Assembly: GCA_026770705.1 (NCBI GenBank)
Contig: JANJGN010000031.1
Coordinates: 1,302,001-1,366,000, forward strand
Source of the DNA: Isurus oxyrinchus
Lineage: Eukaryota
DNA: 64,000 nt
Direction of reading: 5' to 3'
Of this stretch, positions 1-12,500 are shown piece after piece. The position numbers and the translations under genes are program-made. The notes beneath the pieces are model-generated. The model was not told the DNA's origin. It ran no database searches and saw nothing but the letters and a program-made list of their open reading frames with translations. How positions within the stretch are numbered: the first letter of the stretch is position 1; each line of letters opens with the position of its first letter.

Positions 1-344
1 GATTCTCTGAAATACCACTGTGTTTCTCACGCGTCGGTGCAGACTCGATGGGCCGAAGGGCCTCTTCTGCACTTTGTGATTCAGTGGTTCTGTGATTCAC
101 TCAATTCAAGAGAAATTAGGAATAGGCAACAAATGCTGGCTCTGCCAGCGATGCCCAAGTCCCACGAGCGAATATGTACATAAAATACCCTGAATCTTTC
201 TGGTGAACCGGTTTTGCAAACTCTCAGAGCCTGATAGATCCTTGCTGGTGCGCACTGCCCAGATTGAGCGGACTCTTTCAGTTTCTGCCCAGAGTTCTGT
301 AACACCTTAAGCAGGACATCACCTATTTGTTGTTATATTTCACT

Positions 345-1060
345 GGAACAATGGAGCAGGCCAAGGACGGATGTGTGGGCATGACAGCAGGGTGGAGTGT
401 TGAAATGGCAAGCGACAGGGAGGTCTGGGTCAAGCTTGCGGACAGTTCCAATGAAACACAACGCCACTGGAGGAACAGCACCTCATCTTCCGACTAGGCA
501 CTTTACAGCCTTCCAGACTGAATTTTGAGTTCAACAATTTTAGATCATAAACTCTCTCCTCCATCCCCACCCCCTTTCTGATTCCCCTTTTTTCCAATAA
601 TTTATATAGATTTTTCTCTTCCCGCCTATTTCCATTATTTTTAAATGTATTTCCATCCATTGTTTTATCTCTGCCTTTTAGCCTATTTCGATCCTTTCCC
701 CCCCACACCACCCCCACTAGGGCTATTTATACCTTGCTCGCCCTGCTTTCCACCCTTAATGTCACCTATGATCACATTCCTTAGATAATATCATCACCTT
801 CAACACCTCTTTGTCCTTTTGTCTATGACATCTTTTGGTTATCTCCACCTATCACTGGCCCTCTATTGAGCTCTACCTGTCCCACCCCCCTTAAACCAGC
901 TTATATTTCACCTCTTTTCTATTTTTCCTTAGTTCTGTTGAAGAGTCATACGGACTCGAAACGTGTACCTCTCCGCATATGCTGTCAGACCTGCTGAGTT
1001 TTTCCAGGTATTTTTGTTTTTGTTTTGGATTTCCAGCATCCGCCATATTTTTGCTTATAT
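345..1060. mobile_element. Penelope-like element fragment
   Basis: GAGGAACAGCACCTCATCTTCCGA segment and terminal repeat shared with other copies in the window; hammerhead-like motif at 935-961. Boundaries approximate. Confidence 0.65.
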
Positions 1061-2804
1061 ATTCGACATAATCTTGTCGACCAAACATGTTCTTGACTAT
1101 AAAAATAGTAGGGTTAGAACGGAAGTGAGCAATTAAGTTGAGAAGCATGGGAAAGGTCTAAGGGTCAGTTAACAAGGATATTTCCAGGACTGAGAGATTT
1201 TAACTGTCAGAACAGACTAAAAATGTTTCTTTCTATTGAAACGTGAAGGTGAAGAGGGGGCACTGATAGAGAGCTTTGAAAATCTGAAAGCAGTTTTAAG
1301 GGATAGTTGACTAGGCCAGCATTTATTCCCCATACCTAATTGCTCTCGTTCAGAGTCACTTTGCTGAAGGACCAAATAAATAAAAAGTAGTCACTCATAC
1401 AGTTAACTGGGATTTCGGGAGAAACTGCTTTACCCAGAGAGTGAGATGTGCACCTCGCAGCTACAGAAATTGGGTTGAGGTGAATAACGAACTTGAATTT
1501 AAGGGAGAAGCTGCATAAAAACACCGGCCAGAAAAAGAATAGAATGAAATGACGATGGGGTAGAACTTCAATCCATCCTGTTGCTGAGGTACCGAGTAAA
1601 TTCAGTCAGCGGGTGGCACTGGCTTCCAGGTGTAGGCGAACTTGGCAAAGTAAATACTTGTGGAAACCATGACAGACATAAGGAAGTAATGCAGCTATTA
1701 TCGGAGAGATTTCCATACTTTCCCTATCGCTTATGTGATGACGTTTTGTTTAAGTTCTTCCTTGGGATATGGGCGTCACTGGCAAAGCCAGCAATTGTTG
1801 CCCAGCCGTAATTGCCCTTGAACTACTTGACTTGCTAGGCCATTTCAGAAGACAGCTAAGAGTCAACCACATTGCTGGTGTCTGGAGTCAGACCAGGTAA
1901 GGATGGCAGGTTCCCTACCCTAAGGGACATTAGTGAACCAGATAGGTTTTAACGACATTTTTACGATGATAGTTTCATGGTCACCATCACTGTGATAAGC
2001 TTTCAATTCCATACTTATTAATTTATTAACGGTCTTTGACCGGATTATTGCACGATGGGGAATAATACTGCTCTTTCTTCATTATCAAATATTAAAACAG
2101 TCAACGAATTCACTCCTCAATTTCTATGCTCAACGGAGTGCAGAGAACCTTTTGCAAACTGTCCTCATGATTTAATTCTTAAAGCCTCAGAATCATTCTT
2201 CTCATTCCACTCTGCCCTCCCACTGAGCCTAATACCTCCTTGCTGAATGCGCTGCGCAAAACTGAACCTTGTGTTCCAGCTGGAGTCTGCCCAGGGTTCT
2301 GTAACAACTCAAGCGGAACTTCATCCATTTTGTGTTTCAGTTCCCTGGATATAAAGGTTAACTTTCGATGAGTCTTCACGATTGGATTTTGCACCTGCCT
2401 GCTGGTTTTTATTGATCTGTGGAGCTGGACAAATAGTTTACTTAGCTGCTCCGGAATTCCTCGTTTCCCAGAAGTTAGAAAATTTCTACTCTGGATACCC
2501 TGAAGCTGGATAAACACACGAGGAATAAAAGGAATGCAAGAGTTTGTTGATGGAGTGGGACGAAATTATAGTGGGAAAAGATTGGTGCAGAGAGTATGGA
2601 GCTGTCAGGCCTAATGGCCTCTTTTCTATGATGTAAATTCCGTGCAGTTAAAGCGAACAGCAGCAGTAAAAATAATGTTGGAATAATCTTTGGATTTGGG
2701 GAACTGAGTCCTGGTGAGGGAGAGATAAACAGGACAAAACGGGTTTGTGCCCCTTTCCTCTGTTTTCATTGGCGGGCAATTCAAGCGAGGTCCTGAAGTT
2801 ACAT

Positions 2805-3860
2805 AGAAGGCGAAAAACAGAATATTGCGAATGCTGAACATCTGAAATGAAACCGCAAAGTGCTGGAAATAGTCAGCAATTCGGATAGCATCTCACTCAA
2901 GCAATCAATTCAAGCTGTCCATTCGGAAATTCATTGAGGGTAGAAATATTCCACCTCGCCATAACGCAGCATTATTTAAGGCCTTATGTAACGAACTAAT
3001 CTGTGGAGATAGAAACAGAGGTAACTTTTCAGGTCTTGACCTGAAAAGGTCATCAGAACTCGGAAAAGTTTAAGATGTAATAGGCTTTGAAGAAGAGGTA
3101 GATGGGAGAAGGGGCAAAAAAGGGAGGCCCGAGATTGAGTGAAAGACACATGAGGTTACATGACAGAAGTGTTTGTCTTCCAGGGCCAAAGGGAAAGTCG
3201 ATGGGACAAGAAAATAAACAACGAAACAGGAGGTTTGCAAAGAGCGGCACTGCTGCTGAGAGAAACAAACAAGAGGAAATCTGAAGCAACATTTATTCTA
3301 GTGAAGTTCACAGTAAGCTCGAGAGCAACACCTCATCTTCCCAACAGTCACTCTACATCCTTACAGACTTGGTACTGACATCAACAATCAGTTCTGTTGA
3401 AGGGTCATGAGGACTCGAAACGTCAACTCTTTTATTCTCTGCCGATGCTGCCAGACCTGCTGAGTTTTTCCAGGTAATTCTGTTTTTGTTTCAGACTGGA
3501 ATCTGTGACCTTTTGTTTCCATTTTTTGCCTGTTTCTGCTTTTCTCCCAGTTTTGCTTTCCGTCAGCAGCAGAGCCCCTCTAGGTACACCTCTGTTTCTT
3601 CGTGGCTTTTCTTGCGCCATCACCAATCCCTTCGGCCCTGAAAGGCCAACTCCTCTGTTATATAATCTCTTCCACCCAATCACAGAGCTTCCTTTCTCTC
3701 CCCGACTCCGTCCCTCAACCCATTCCTGGCACGAACCTATTACATTTCGAACTTTTCCCAGTTCTGATGAAAGGCCAATGCTCTGAACCATTAACTCGGT
3801 TTCTCTCTCCTCAGACGCTCCCGGAATTGCTGAGTATTTCCAGCATTTTCTGCTTTTATG
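2805..3860. mobile_element. Nested and inverted Penelope-like terminal repeats
   Basis: Opposed copies of the same repeat, with a younger insert at about 3388-3492. Confidence 0.6.
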
Positions 3861-4536
3861 TCCCTTAGAAGACCTTTTGTGTGGGACGACGAACGTGTTA
3901 GAAATTCTACAAACAAACTTTTCGTTACACACGAGATGGACAAAAGTAGCAGATTAAGCAGGAAGGAAAGATGAGAAGAAATAATGGAAAGGTGAAAGAA
4001 GGAATCAAGGAAGGAATGGAAAATGAAAAGAATGGGAGAATATAATAAGACTTGGTTTTCATCCACTGATAAAGTTTTCTTTGTCCGCAGGCAGCGCTTG
4101 GATCAGAGAAGATATCAGTGCCTGAAACATGTTTAGATGCATCCCGAGAGGGGCCTGCTACATAGGAACAGGAGGAACCAATTTAGACCTTCCCGAAACT
4201 GTTACAAAACAGAAGGTAATTAAAAGTCTCTCCAGCCTGTTACACAACAGCAGTATATTCATCCCCTGGAACTGGTTACATACCCCTCCGAGCCTGTTCC
4301 ATATGAACGAGAGGAAAAGATTCAGATTTGACTAAATTGGTAAATGCAATTGCGGCTAAACACAGTGGCAAATGCAATAAGAATAAATGGGAAAGTGACA
4401 ATCCTTTTACTTCTGATTGGCTGGCAGGGATGTGTCCACACGTTCTTATGTCCCTCAGGCTTTCATCGGTGATTTGAAGAGAGCGGGTTGGCTCCACATA
4501 AGACTCAGCCCTTCTGTTTTCGCTCCTTCCCTTATT

Positions 4537-4585
4537 AGGAAGCAGAAGGTATAGCTTGTCTTGGGCTTGGTGATTTTGTTTCACA
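4537..4585 (+). pseudogene. Leader exon of the inverted Vbeta, defective
   Basis: 49-nt phase-1 exon RKQKV*LVLGLVILFH with donor A|gtaagg; presumed ATG reads AGG; internal TAG. Confidence 0.6.
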
Positions 4586-4776
4586 GTAAGGAAATTTATT
4601 CAAAATTTCGCGCTTTCTTTTTCTTCCCCACCCCTCATTTTCTCCCTTTTTCTCTGCCCCCACCCCCTTCTCTTTCTTTATTTCCGCTCGCTTTTTTCTT
4701 TCATTATTTCGTTTGCTCTCTCCACTACCGGAATGTCGCTGTTTATTGACCTCCTCTCGCTCTGTATTCTTCCTCG

Positions 4777-5064
4777 GCGTGAACGCACAGATGATCCTCC
4801 AGTTTCCCGCTGCTGTCTCCAAATCTCTTGGGCAGGGAGTAGTTCTGAACTTCATCCTGCAGGGCACCAGTACTGGCCGTAGGCTCTGGTACAGGCTGTA
4901 CGCGAGGACGGAGCTCAAGTTAAAGTTTTACTCCCAAAATACACAAAGTGTGAGTCCCGGTGGACGGTTTCACCGGCCGGAGACCGAGTGGCTCCGATTT
5001 CAAGCTGGAGACCCCCAGCCTGCGGGCGAATCACTCGGCCGTGTATTACTGCGCCTGGAGTTTT
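4777..5064 (+). pseudogene. TRBV: Inverted Vbeta pseudogene 3' of Cbeta (TRBV30/Vbeta14-like)
   Basis: AQMILQFPAAVSKSLGQGVVLNFILQGTSTGRRLWYR...LKFYS, frameshift near 4958, then VDGFTGRRPSGSDFKLETPSLRANHSAVYYCAWS. First Cys is Phe (TTC 4851); acceptor AG reads CG. Confidence 0.93.
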
Positions 5065-5102
5065 CACAGTGACTCAGAGAGATGGGCAACTCAACAAAAA
5101 CC
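5065..5102 (+). other. RSS of the inverted Vbeta (23-type, 22-nt spacer)
   Basis: CACAGTG, ACTCAGAGAGATGGGCAACTCA (22 nt), ACAAAAACC. Confidence 0.93.
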
Positions 5103-5705
5103 TCAAAGGCGGCAGGAAACAGCTGTATATGAAATAGAAACAAACAGCCACCGTGTCAGTACGGGTTTGTTTTGCGGATTGCATCAATTTCTGAGAATAA
5201 GAGACTAAAATGATAGATGAAAACAGGAGAGATTGAAAGAACTAAGCAGTGCGGGGAAGAATGGAGTACACATTGAATGCAGAGGCGAAGAAGAGATAGA
5301 GTGTAAGAACCAAGGAAGAAATGATCGAAAGAGTGGAAGCGTACAGAAGAAGGGTTCCAGAATAGTACCAGTGATGTCAGTTAACTGGGCAGACACGAAA
5401 AGATGCAATTGTTCTCCTTAATGCAAGAGCAGATTTATCAGAATGGTACCAGGATTAAGCATCTTCAGTTACATAGACAGACTAGAGAAACTGGGATTCG
5501 GCAATATATGGAAGACACATGGGAGTTTTATGAGAGTTACTTACAATTATGCAAGGTTTCTTTAGGCGAGGGACTGTTTTGTTGCAGAACCCACTGCTTG
5601 ATATTTGTAGTGACATTTACAATTGAATCAGCTACTTTCCAGAAAATGAACAAGGGAGAATAGATAACTCGGGGACGATGGGCCGCATGGCCTCCATCTT
5701 GTACT

Positions 5706-5910
5706 AATATAGAACTCAAAACTGTATTAAAATCATCCGGCACCAGCCACATTTCCAATTAGATGTCCGAATCCTTTCAATCTTAGGGGGCTAACGATGC
5801 CCAATTGAGCATGGAGCTCAACAGAACCCCCCAGTGGCACACCACTGATTACTTCTGCGCCGGCAGTGATGCACAGCATGTGGAAATACCGTTTCTCTGT
5901 TATAGAAGTC
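5706..5910 (+). pseudogene. TRBV: Second inverted Vbeta relic (3' half) with 23-RSS
   Basis: NIELKTVLKSSGTSHISN*MSESFQS*GANDAQLSMELNRTPQWHTTDYFCAGSD, then CACAGCA-23-ATAGAAGTC (5872-5910). The 5' half is replaced by a LINE tail. Confidence 0.7.
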
Positions 5911-6309
5911 CCAAAACCTAACACAGAGCCCCAAGGTAGATGAAAAATTCTGCAGATGCTGGATATCTGAAACAAAAACAGAAACTGCTGGAAAAGCTTA
6001 ACTGGTCTAACAGATCTGTGGGGAGAAAGACAGAGTTAATGATTCGAGTCCGCATTTCTTCTTTGGAGCTAAAGAGAAGCAAAAATGTGATGAAATGTAT
6101 ACTGTTTGTGGGGAATGGAGCAGGTGACGCTGGATAGAAGGCCAGCAATAGGTGGGGGTAAAGAGCAGATCAGCAAAGGTGTCTTGAACAAAATGACAAG
6201 GAGGTGTTAGTGGTAGAGGTACTGCGTGTGGAACATCTTCAGTCTGTCCGCAAGCATGACCAAGGCCTCCCTGCTGCTTGCTATTTCAACACCTCATTCT
6301 GATGCTCCC

Positions 6310-6965
6310 GTGTCCTCCTTTTCTGAATTGTAAACTGCTTCCAATCCTCAGGTCTGTTGTTTTTCTGGATAATTTGTACGCCTTGTTCATTGGATCTAAT
6401 GCTATCTCTAATTCTCTTTGTAAGCCATGGTTTAGCCACCTTTCCTGGTTTAATTTTGCACCAGACAGGAATAAACAATTGTTACAGTTCTCCCATGCGT
6501 TCTCTGAATGTTTGCCATTGCCTATCCACGGTCATCCCTTTAAATAACGTTTCCCAATCTATCATAGACAACTCGCGCCTCATACAATCGTAGTTTCCTT
6601 TATCATTAAGACTTGGGGCCCTAGGCTCAGAATCAACTACGTCACTCTACATCTTGATGCGGAATTCTATCATATTATGGTCGCTCATCTCCAAGGGTCT
6701 TCGCACAACTAGACTGCCAATTATTCCTTTCACATTACACAATACCCAGCCAAGGATGACCTATTCTGTAGTTGTATCCTCAACGTATTAGTCCACAAAA
6801 ACATCCCGTATACACTCCATGAATTCCTCCTTTATGGTTTTCCAATAATTTGATTTGCCCAATCAATATGCATTTTAAAGTCACCCATAATTACAGATGT
6901 TCTTTTATTGCATACATCTCTAGTTTCCTGTTTAATGCCATTCCTAACATCATGACTACAGTTTC
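6310..6965 (-). mobile_element. CR1-type LINE ORF2 fragment
   Basis: KPWLTKRIRDSIR..NRPEDWKQF..KRRT resembles the CR1 endonuclease-RT linker. Confidence 0.7.
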
Positions 6966-6994
6966 CTCACCTTTATGTACTTATGCTTATGTAT

Positions 6995-7904
6995 CGCTAT
7001 GACACAGTCGATGGCAAATGCTGAGTTGTTCAAAACCCAAAGAGAAACTTGAAACAGCTGCCACAACTTGTTTTTCTGTTTGTATAAATTTCGAGATGCG
7101 TGCCTTGAATTCACTAGTAATAAGACCATCAAGTCTTATAGGTTTTACAAAACCAGGTTAAACATTTATTAATACAAGAAATTACTTTAACTATATAGAT
7201 AGATCTACAAATTACTACTATGATAACCTTTCAATCCCCTAATCAATCTAACTCCCAGTTACACTTTCGTTAAGGCAATCATAATGCACATAGATTTTAA
7301 AAGGCCCAGGCAACGAAACATGGTACCCTGAACAAATCGAATTTAAAGTGAGTTTTCTTAACTTCAGCCCTTTGAAGACAGCAGCTTGAGGCTTAGATGC
7401 TGAAGGCTTTTCTCACTTGTAAATCTTAAAATGCCTACCCTTACATACATCCTTCACTACTTAATATATATCTTCCCCTTTGAATACAAATATCCATTGT
7501 TTCACTATGTTTTGGGCATTATTTTCCTGATAATAAAAGTGACACATAGCACTATGTTTTACCAATAATCTTTAGGAAAAATAAATACACTCTTTCTAAA
7601 CTTCACCTGGCTAGGTGACATATTACACTCCTCCTTTTGAAGACAATCTCATCTGGTTTATTTAAAATACAAATGTTCCGTTGACACCTATGTTTCTAAA
7701 CTTCCCCATGTTTACAGAATTAACATTTCAAGCTAACTCTTCTTCTTACATCAAAACATCCAGACTGTAATTCAAGTAAATCTCACCCACACACAGAGAC
7801 CGCTATAGCACACAGACATATGTAGGCACATTGATATGTCCTACTATTACTCAATATTACACTAAATTCCAATAACATTTTGAGAATTATTATATCTCTC
7901 TGGC
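6995..7904. mobile_element. Solo LTR, older copy
   Basis: Similar along its length to 54125-55450; termini decayed. Confidence 0.55.
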
Positions 7905-8017
7905 AGTGTTCCCTGCGTTCTCCAGTTTCTAAAAGCTGAGTTCCCTCTCAAAAGGTCTGTTGTCTCCACTAGATTAATGTTCCCTCGGATCAATCACATG
8001 TTTTATCACCTGTCCTA

Positions 8018-8335
8018 ATGTGGGTCAATTTGTGGTTGTCTTACATTCATGGGAAGCATATCGGATGTAAATGCAGTTGTTGCTGTGACTCAGCTTACCT
8101 GCAACAAGTTGTGTTTTGGGGCCTTTGTGTCTGCCTTTCAGTGTAGCGGGTACAGAAGAAGCAGGTATCACAAACAACCTCTACTTTATGCTTCTCTAGG
8201 GAATTTCTTCACCATCCAGTGCCGAAGATGAGGTTATAAGGCATATCCAAAGGCTTTGCTCAAATCAACGCCATTCCTTTGTTCCCAAAGGCAAAATCTC
8301 TCCAGGTGTTCAGGCCCTAATTAGAATTGACTGTG
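8018..8335 (+). pseudogene. Possible third inverted Vbeta relic (leader and FR1)
   Basis: Acceptor tttcag at 8141; EAGIT then QPLLYASLGNFFTIQCRR* resembles V FR1 up to the first Cys; leader-like MWVNLWLSYIH upstream; no YxC or RSS. Confidence 0.4.
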
Positions 8336-8399
8336 AATCCAGGCATGGGGCCCCTGCAGTCCTTCATTAGGGGTCTCTTAATTTCTTCCATCCCCAAAT

Positions 8400-9010
8400 G
8401 TGGAACAGAGTATGAGGGATAAATGTAGGGAGAGTCAGATGGGGAGAAAGAGCATAGATAGATGGAGAGAAAGAGAGAAATTGAGGGAGAGAGAATAAAA
8501 AAAGAGGTGGTGATAGAGACCAAAAAACAGAAATACCACGAGAGACAAAGAGAGAAAGAGAGAAGAACAAATAGAGAGAAAGAGAAACAAAGAGAGGCAA
8601 TGACCGAAAGTGAGCAAGAGAGAGAGAAAGAGAGAGCACTGCATAGACAGAAAGAAGCGCGGATAGGAAAAGTGAGAGGGAGGGGCTAAGAGAGTGGCTG
8701 AAAGAAAGAGATAGAAAGAAAGATGTAGGACGAGGGATAAGGAGACAAACAGAGAGAACAAGCGAGAAGTAATGAGAAAGGAAAACACAGAAATAGAAAC
8801 AAAGGAAAATAAAGAGGGAGTGACAAATAAAGAAACAAAAAAAGAAATAGTGCTGGTAAGTAGGGAAGGAGCATTAAGGCCAAAGGGACAGAAAGAGAGT
8901 GCAAGAGAGGCAGAGAGTGTGAAAGAGAGGGAGAGGGAGGAAGAGAGATGGAAAACAAATGGCAGGCAAAAGAGAGGGAGAGAGAGAAGCGCAGAGACAG
9001 AGAGCTGGAA
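8400..9010. repeat. Polypurine (GA-rich) low-complexity tract
   Basis: Almost only A/G on the plus strand; similar tracts at about 3930-4050, 16800-17070 and 17690-18420. Confidence 0.85.
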
Positions 9011-9514
9011 TGGTGAACTGTACTCAATAATATGATCCTAGTTAAAAGGTGGCATTCTACATTGCACAACATTCCCTCAGTTCTTCCTCCTGCTGCGTCC
9101 TGACAAACCTGTTAAACTTCCTGCATTCAAATCAATATTAAAATCCCTCTAAAAGTTCTTATTGAGTCTGCTTTCTCCATCCTTCAAGGCAGCACGGACC
9201 AGATCATACCTGGCTGCATCAAAATATTTCTTCCTATTGCCCCTTATTATTTTTAACTAGGTATCTTAAAACTGCTTTTTCTTGTTACAAAGTGTCCTCG
9301 TGCAATGCTTAAAAATATTCAATTGCTGACCCAATCATTTTCCTTCAGTTGTTCTTTCCATAAAAGTTTTCAGGGAATTTGGTGCAAGTATTATTTTTTA
9401 ACTGATGTTGGGGCCAGTGCATCAGCAAAATGACATTCTTAACAACAAATGCTGCAAAATAAAAATGTGAGGCGAAGAGCAGGCAATTGAGACACATCTG
9501 TATATGTTATTACA

Positions 9515-12500
9515 TATAATAATGCAGCAAGACCTGGACAACATCCAGGCTTAGGCTGACAAGTGGCAAGTAACATTCACACCAGACAAATGACCAATCT
9601 CCAATAACCATTTCCAACATGAGAAAACCCAACCCTTGACGTTCATTGGCATTATCATCACTGAATTCCCCCAGTATCAACACCTTGAATGTTACCATTG
9701 AGCAGAAACTGAACTGGGCTATCCAGGTAAACGCTATGGCTACAAGAGCTGATCAGATGCTCTGAATCCTGCGACGACTATCACACCACCTGACTCCCCA
9801 ATGCCTGTCCACCATATACAAGGCACAAGTCAGGAGTATGATGGAATATTCTCCACTTGCCTGGATGAGTACAGCTTGCACACAAGAAGGCAGCTCACCA
9901 TCACCTTCTGAAGGACAACTAGGGATGGATAGTAAATGTTGGCTCAGCCAGCGAAGACCACACCCCGTGGATGAATAAAAAGAATCCTATTTGTTATTGG
10001 TAGATTTACAACTTGAAGAACTGTGCACAGGAATGGTAATTTCAACAAGATATGCTCTAACCGTCCCCCACGACGTTCACTGGCATGACCATTATTGAAT
10101 GTCCAACCATTAAGAACGGCCACGTTGCCATTACAGGAAACCTAATTGAACCAGCCATATAAAGATCGTGCCTACAGGAGCGGGTCAGAGGCTAGAAATC
10201 GTGTGCCAAATAATTCAGCTCCCAAAGCCTGTCCACCACCTACAACGTGCATGCAGTGTTCGACATGGAGGAGTACCGATTCATCAGCTGAGGTTGGGGG
10301 GTGGCGGCAGTGCTGGGAGTTGCCCTGGGAGTCCTCAACATTCACCATTCACTCTGGATCCCATGAAGTCTCATGGCATCAGGTGAAACATGGACAAGGA
10401 AACATCCTCCTGATTACCATCTCCCACATCCCCTTTGTTGATGAATTATTACTCCTCTATGTTGAGCACCAGATGGAGGAAGCACTGAGCATGACAAGTG
10501 CGTAGAATGCATTCTGGGTGGGGAAATTCAATATCCCTTACCAAGGATGGATCGGTACCATCACTACTGTCTGAGCTTGCCGAGTCCTAAATGGCATAGC
10601 TACTCGACTGGGTCTGCAACAGGTGGCGAGGGAACCAAGAAAAGGGGAAAACCCACTTGACCTGGTCTTCACCAATTTACCTATCGCAGGTGCATCCATT
10701 CATGTCAGTATCGGTAGGCGTGACTACCGCCCACACCTGTGAGAATGAAATCCCATCTTCACATTGAGGATAACCTCCTTCATGTTGTGTGGTGCTATCA
10801 ACATGCTAAATGGAATAGATTTTGAACAGATCTAGCACCTCAAAACTAAGTATCCAAAAAGTGATATGGTCCACCAGCAGCAGAATTGTCCACAGCTACA
10901 ATTTGTAACCTCATGACCCCCACCCTACCATTGGCATCAAGCTGCAGGATCAACCCTGGTTCAATGAACAGTGCCGGAGGGCATGCCAGGAGCAGCACGA
11001 GGCATACCTAAAAATGAGGTGTCAACCTGAGGAAGCTAAAACGCAGGACTACTTGCATAAAAAACAGCAGAGGAGTGCACAATAGACAGACCTAAGCGAT
11101 GCCACAACCAACGGATCAGATCCAAGCTCTGCAGCCCTGCCACATCCGGTCATGGATGTTGGTAGACAATTAAACAACTCACTTGAGGAGGAAACCGCAC
11201 TAATATCTCCATCCTCAATGATTGGGGAGTCTAACACATAAGTGCAAAAGATTAGAATGAAGCCTTTACAACAATATTCAACCAGAAATGCCGAGTTGTT
11301 GATCCCAGCATCACAAATGCCAGTCTTCAGCCAATTCCTTACAATCATCACGATATCAAGAAGCAGCTGTGGGCACTAGATACTGAAATAGTCATGAACC
11401 CTGACAACATTCCAGCAATGTTACTGAAGATATGTGTTCCAGAGCTATCTGCACTCTGAGACAAGCTGCCCCAGTACAGCTGCAATACCAGCAAAACTCC
11501 CCAGATATATCTTGTCCACAAGAAGCAAGAAAAATCCAACCTGGCCAATTACTGCCTCATCAGTCTACTCTCGATCATCAGAAAAAATGATATAAATTGT
11601 TGGCGACAGTGCTATCAAATGGCACATACTCTACTTTAACATGCTCACTGATGTTCAGCTTGGGTTCCGCCAGGGCCACTCTGCTCCTGACTTCATTATA
11701 GCCTGATTCCATGCACGAAAGAGCTGAACTCAAGAGGTGAGGTAAGAGTGACTGCCCTTGACATAAATGCAGCATTTGAACGAGTGTGGTATCAAGGAGC
11801 CCTAGCAAAACTGGAGTCAATGCGAATCATGGGGAACACTGTCCACTGGTCAGAGTCAATCTAGCACAAAGGAAGATGGTTGTGGTTGTTGGAGGTCAGT
11901 CAACTCAGCTCCAGGGCATCACTGCAGGAGTTCCTCAGGTAGTGTCCTCATGCCAAACATCTGCAGCTGCTTCATCAATGGTCTTACTTGCTTCATAATG
12001 TCAGAATGTGGGGTGTTCGTTGATAATGGCACAACGGTCAGCACCATTCATGACTACTCAGATACTGGAGCAACCCATGCCCATATGCAGCAAACCTGGA
12101 CAAGATCAAGGCTTGGGCTGACAAGGGGCAAGCAACATTCACGCCACACAAATGCCAGGCAATGACCTTTTCAACAAGAGAGAACCCAGCCATCTTCCCT
12201 TGACATTCAATGGCATTACCATCACTGAATCACCCGCTATCAGCATCCTGCAGATTTCAGTTGACCAGAAGCTGAACTTGACTGGCCATATAAATATTGT
12301 GAATACATATGCAGTTCAGAGGCTAGGAATCCTGCGGCCAGTAACTCACCTTCTGACTCCCAGGACCTGCGCACCATCTACAAAGGACAAGTCAGGGGTG
12401 TGATCAAATATTCCATAATGGCATGGATGAGTGCAGCTCCAACATCACTCAAGAAGCTCGACACCATCCAGGACAAAGCAGCCCATTTGATTGGCACCAC

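Noticed and set aside
8317-9072. Hydrophobic or charged ORFs here and at 16.7-18.4 kb
   Set aside because: Artefacts of GA/TC low-complexity tracts.
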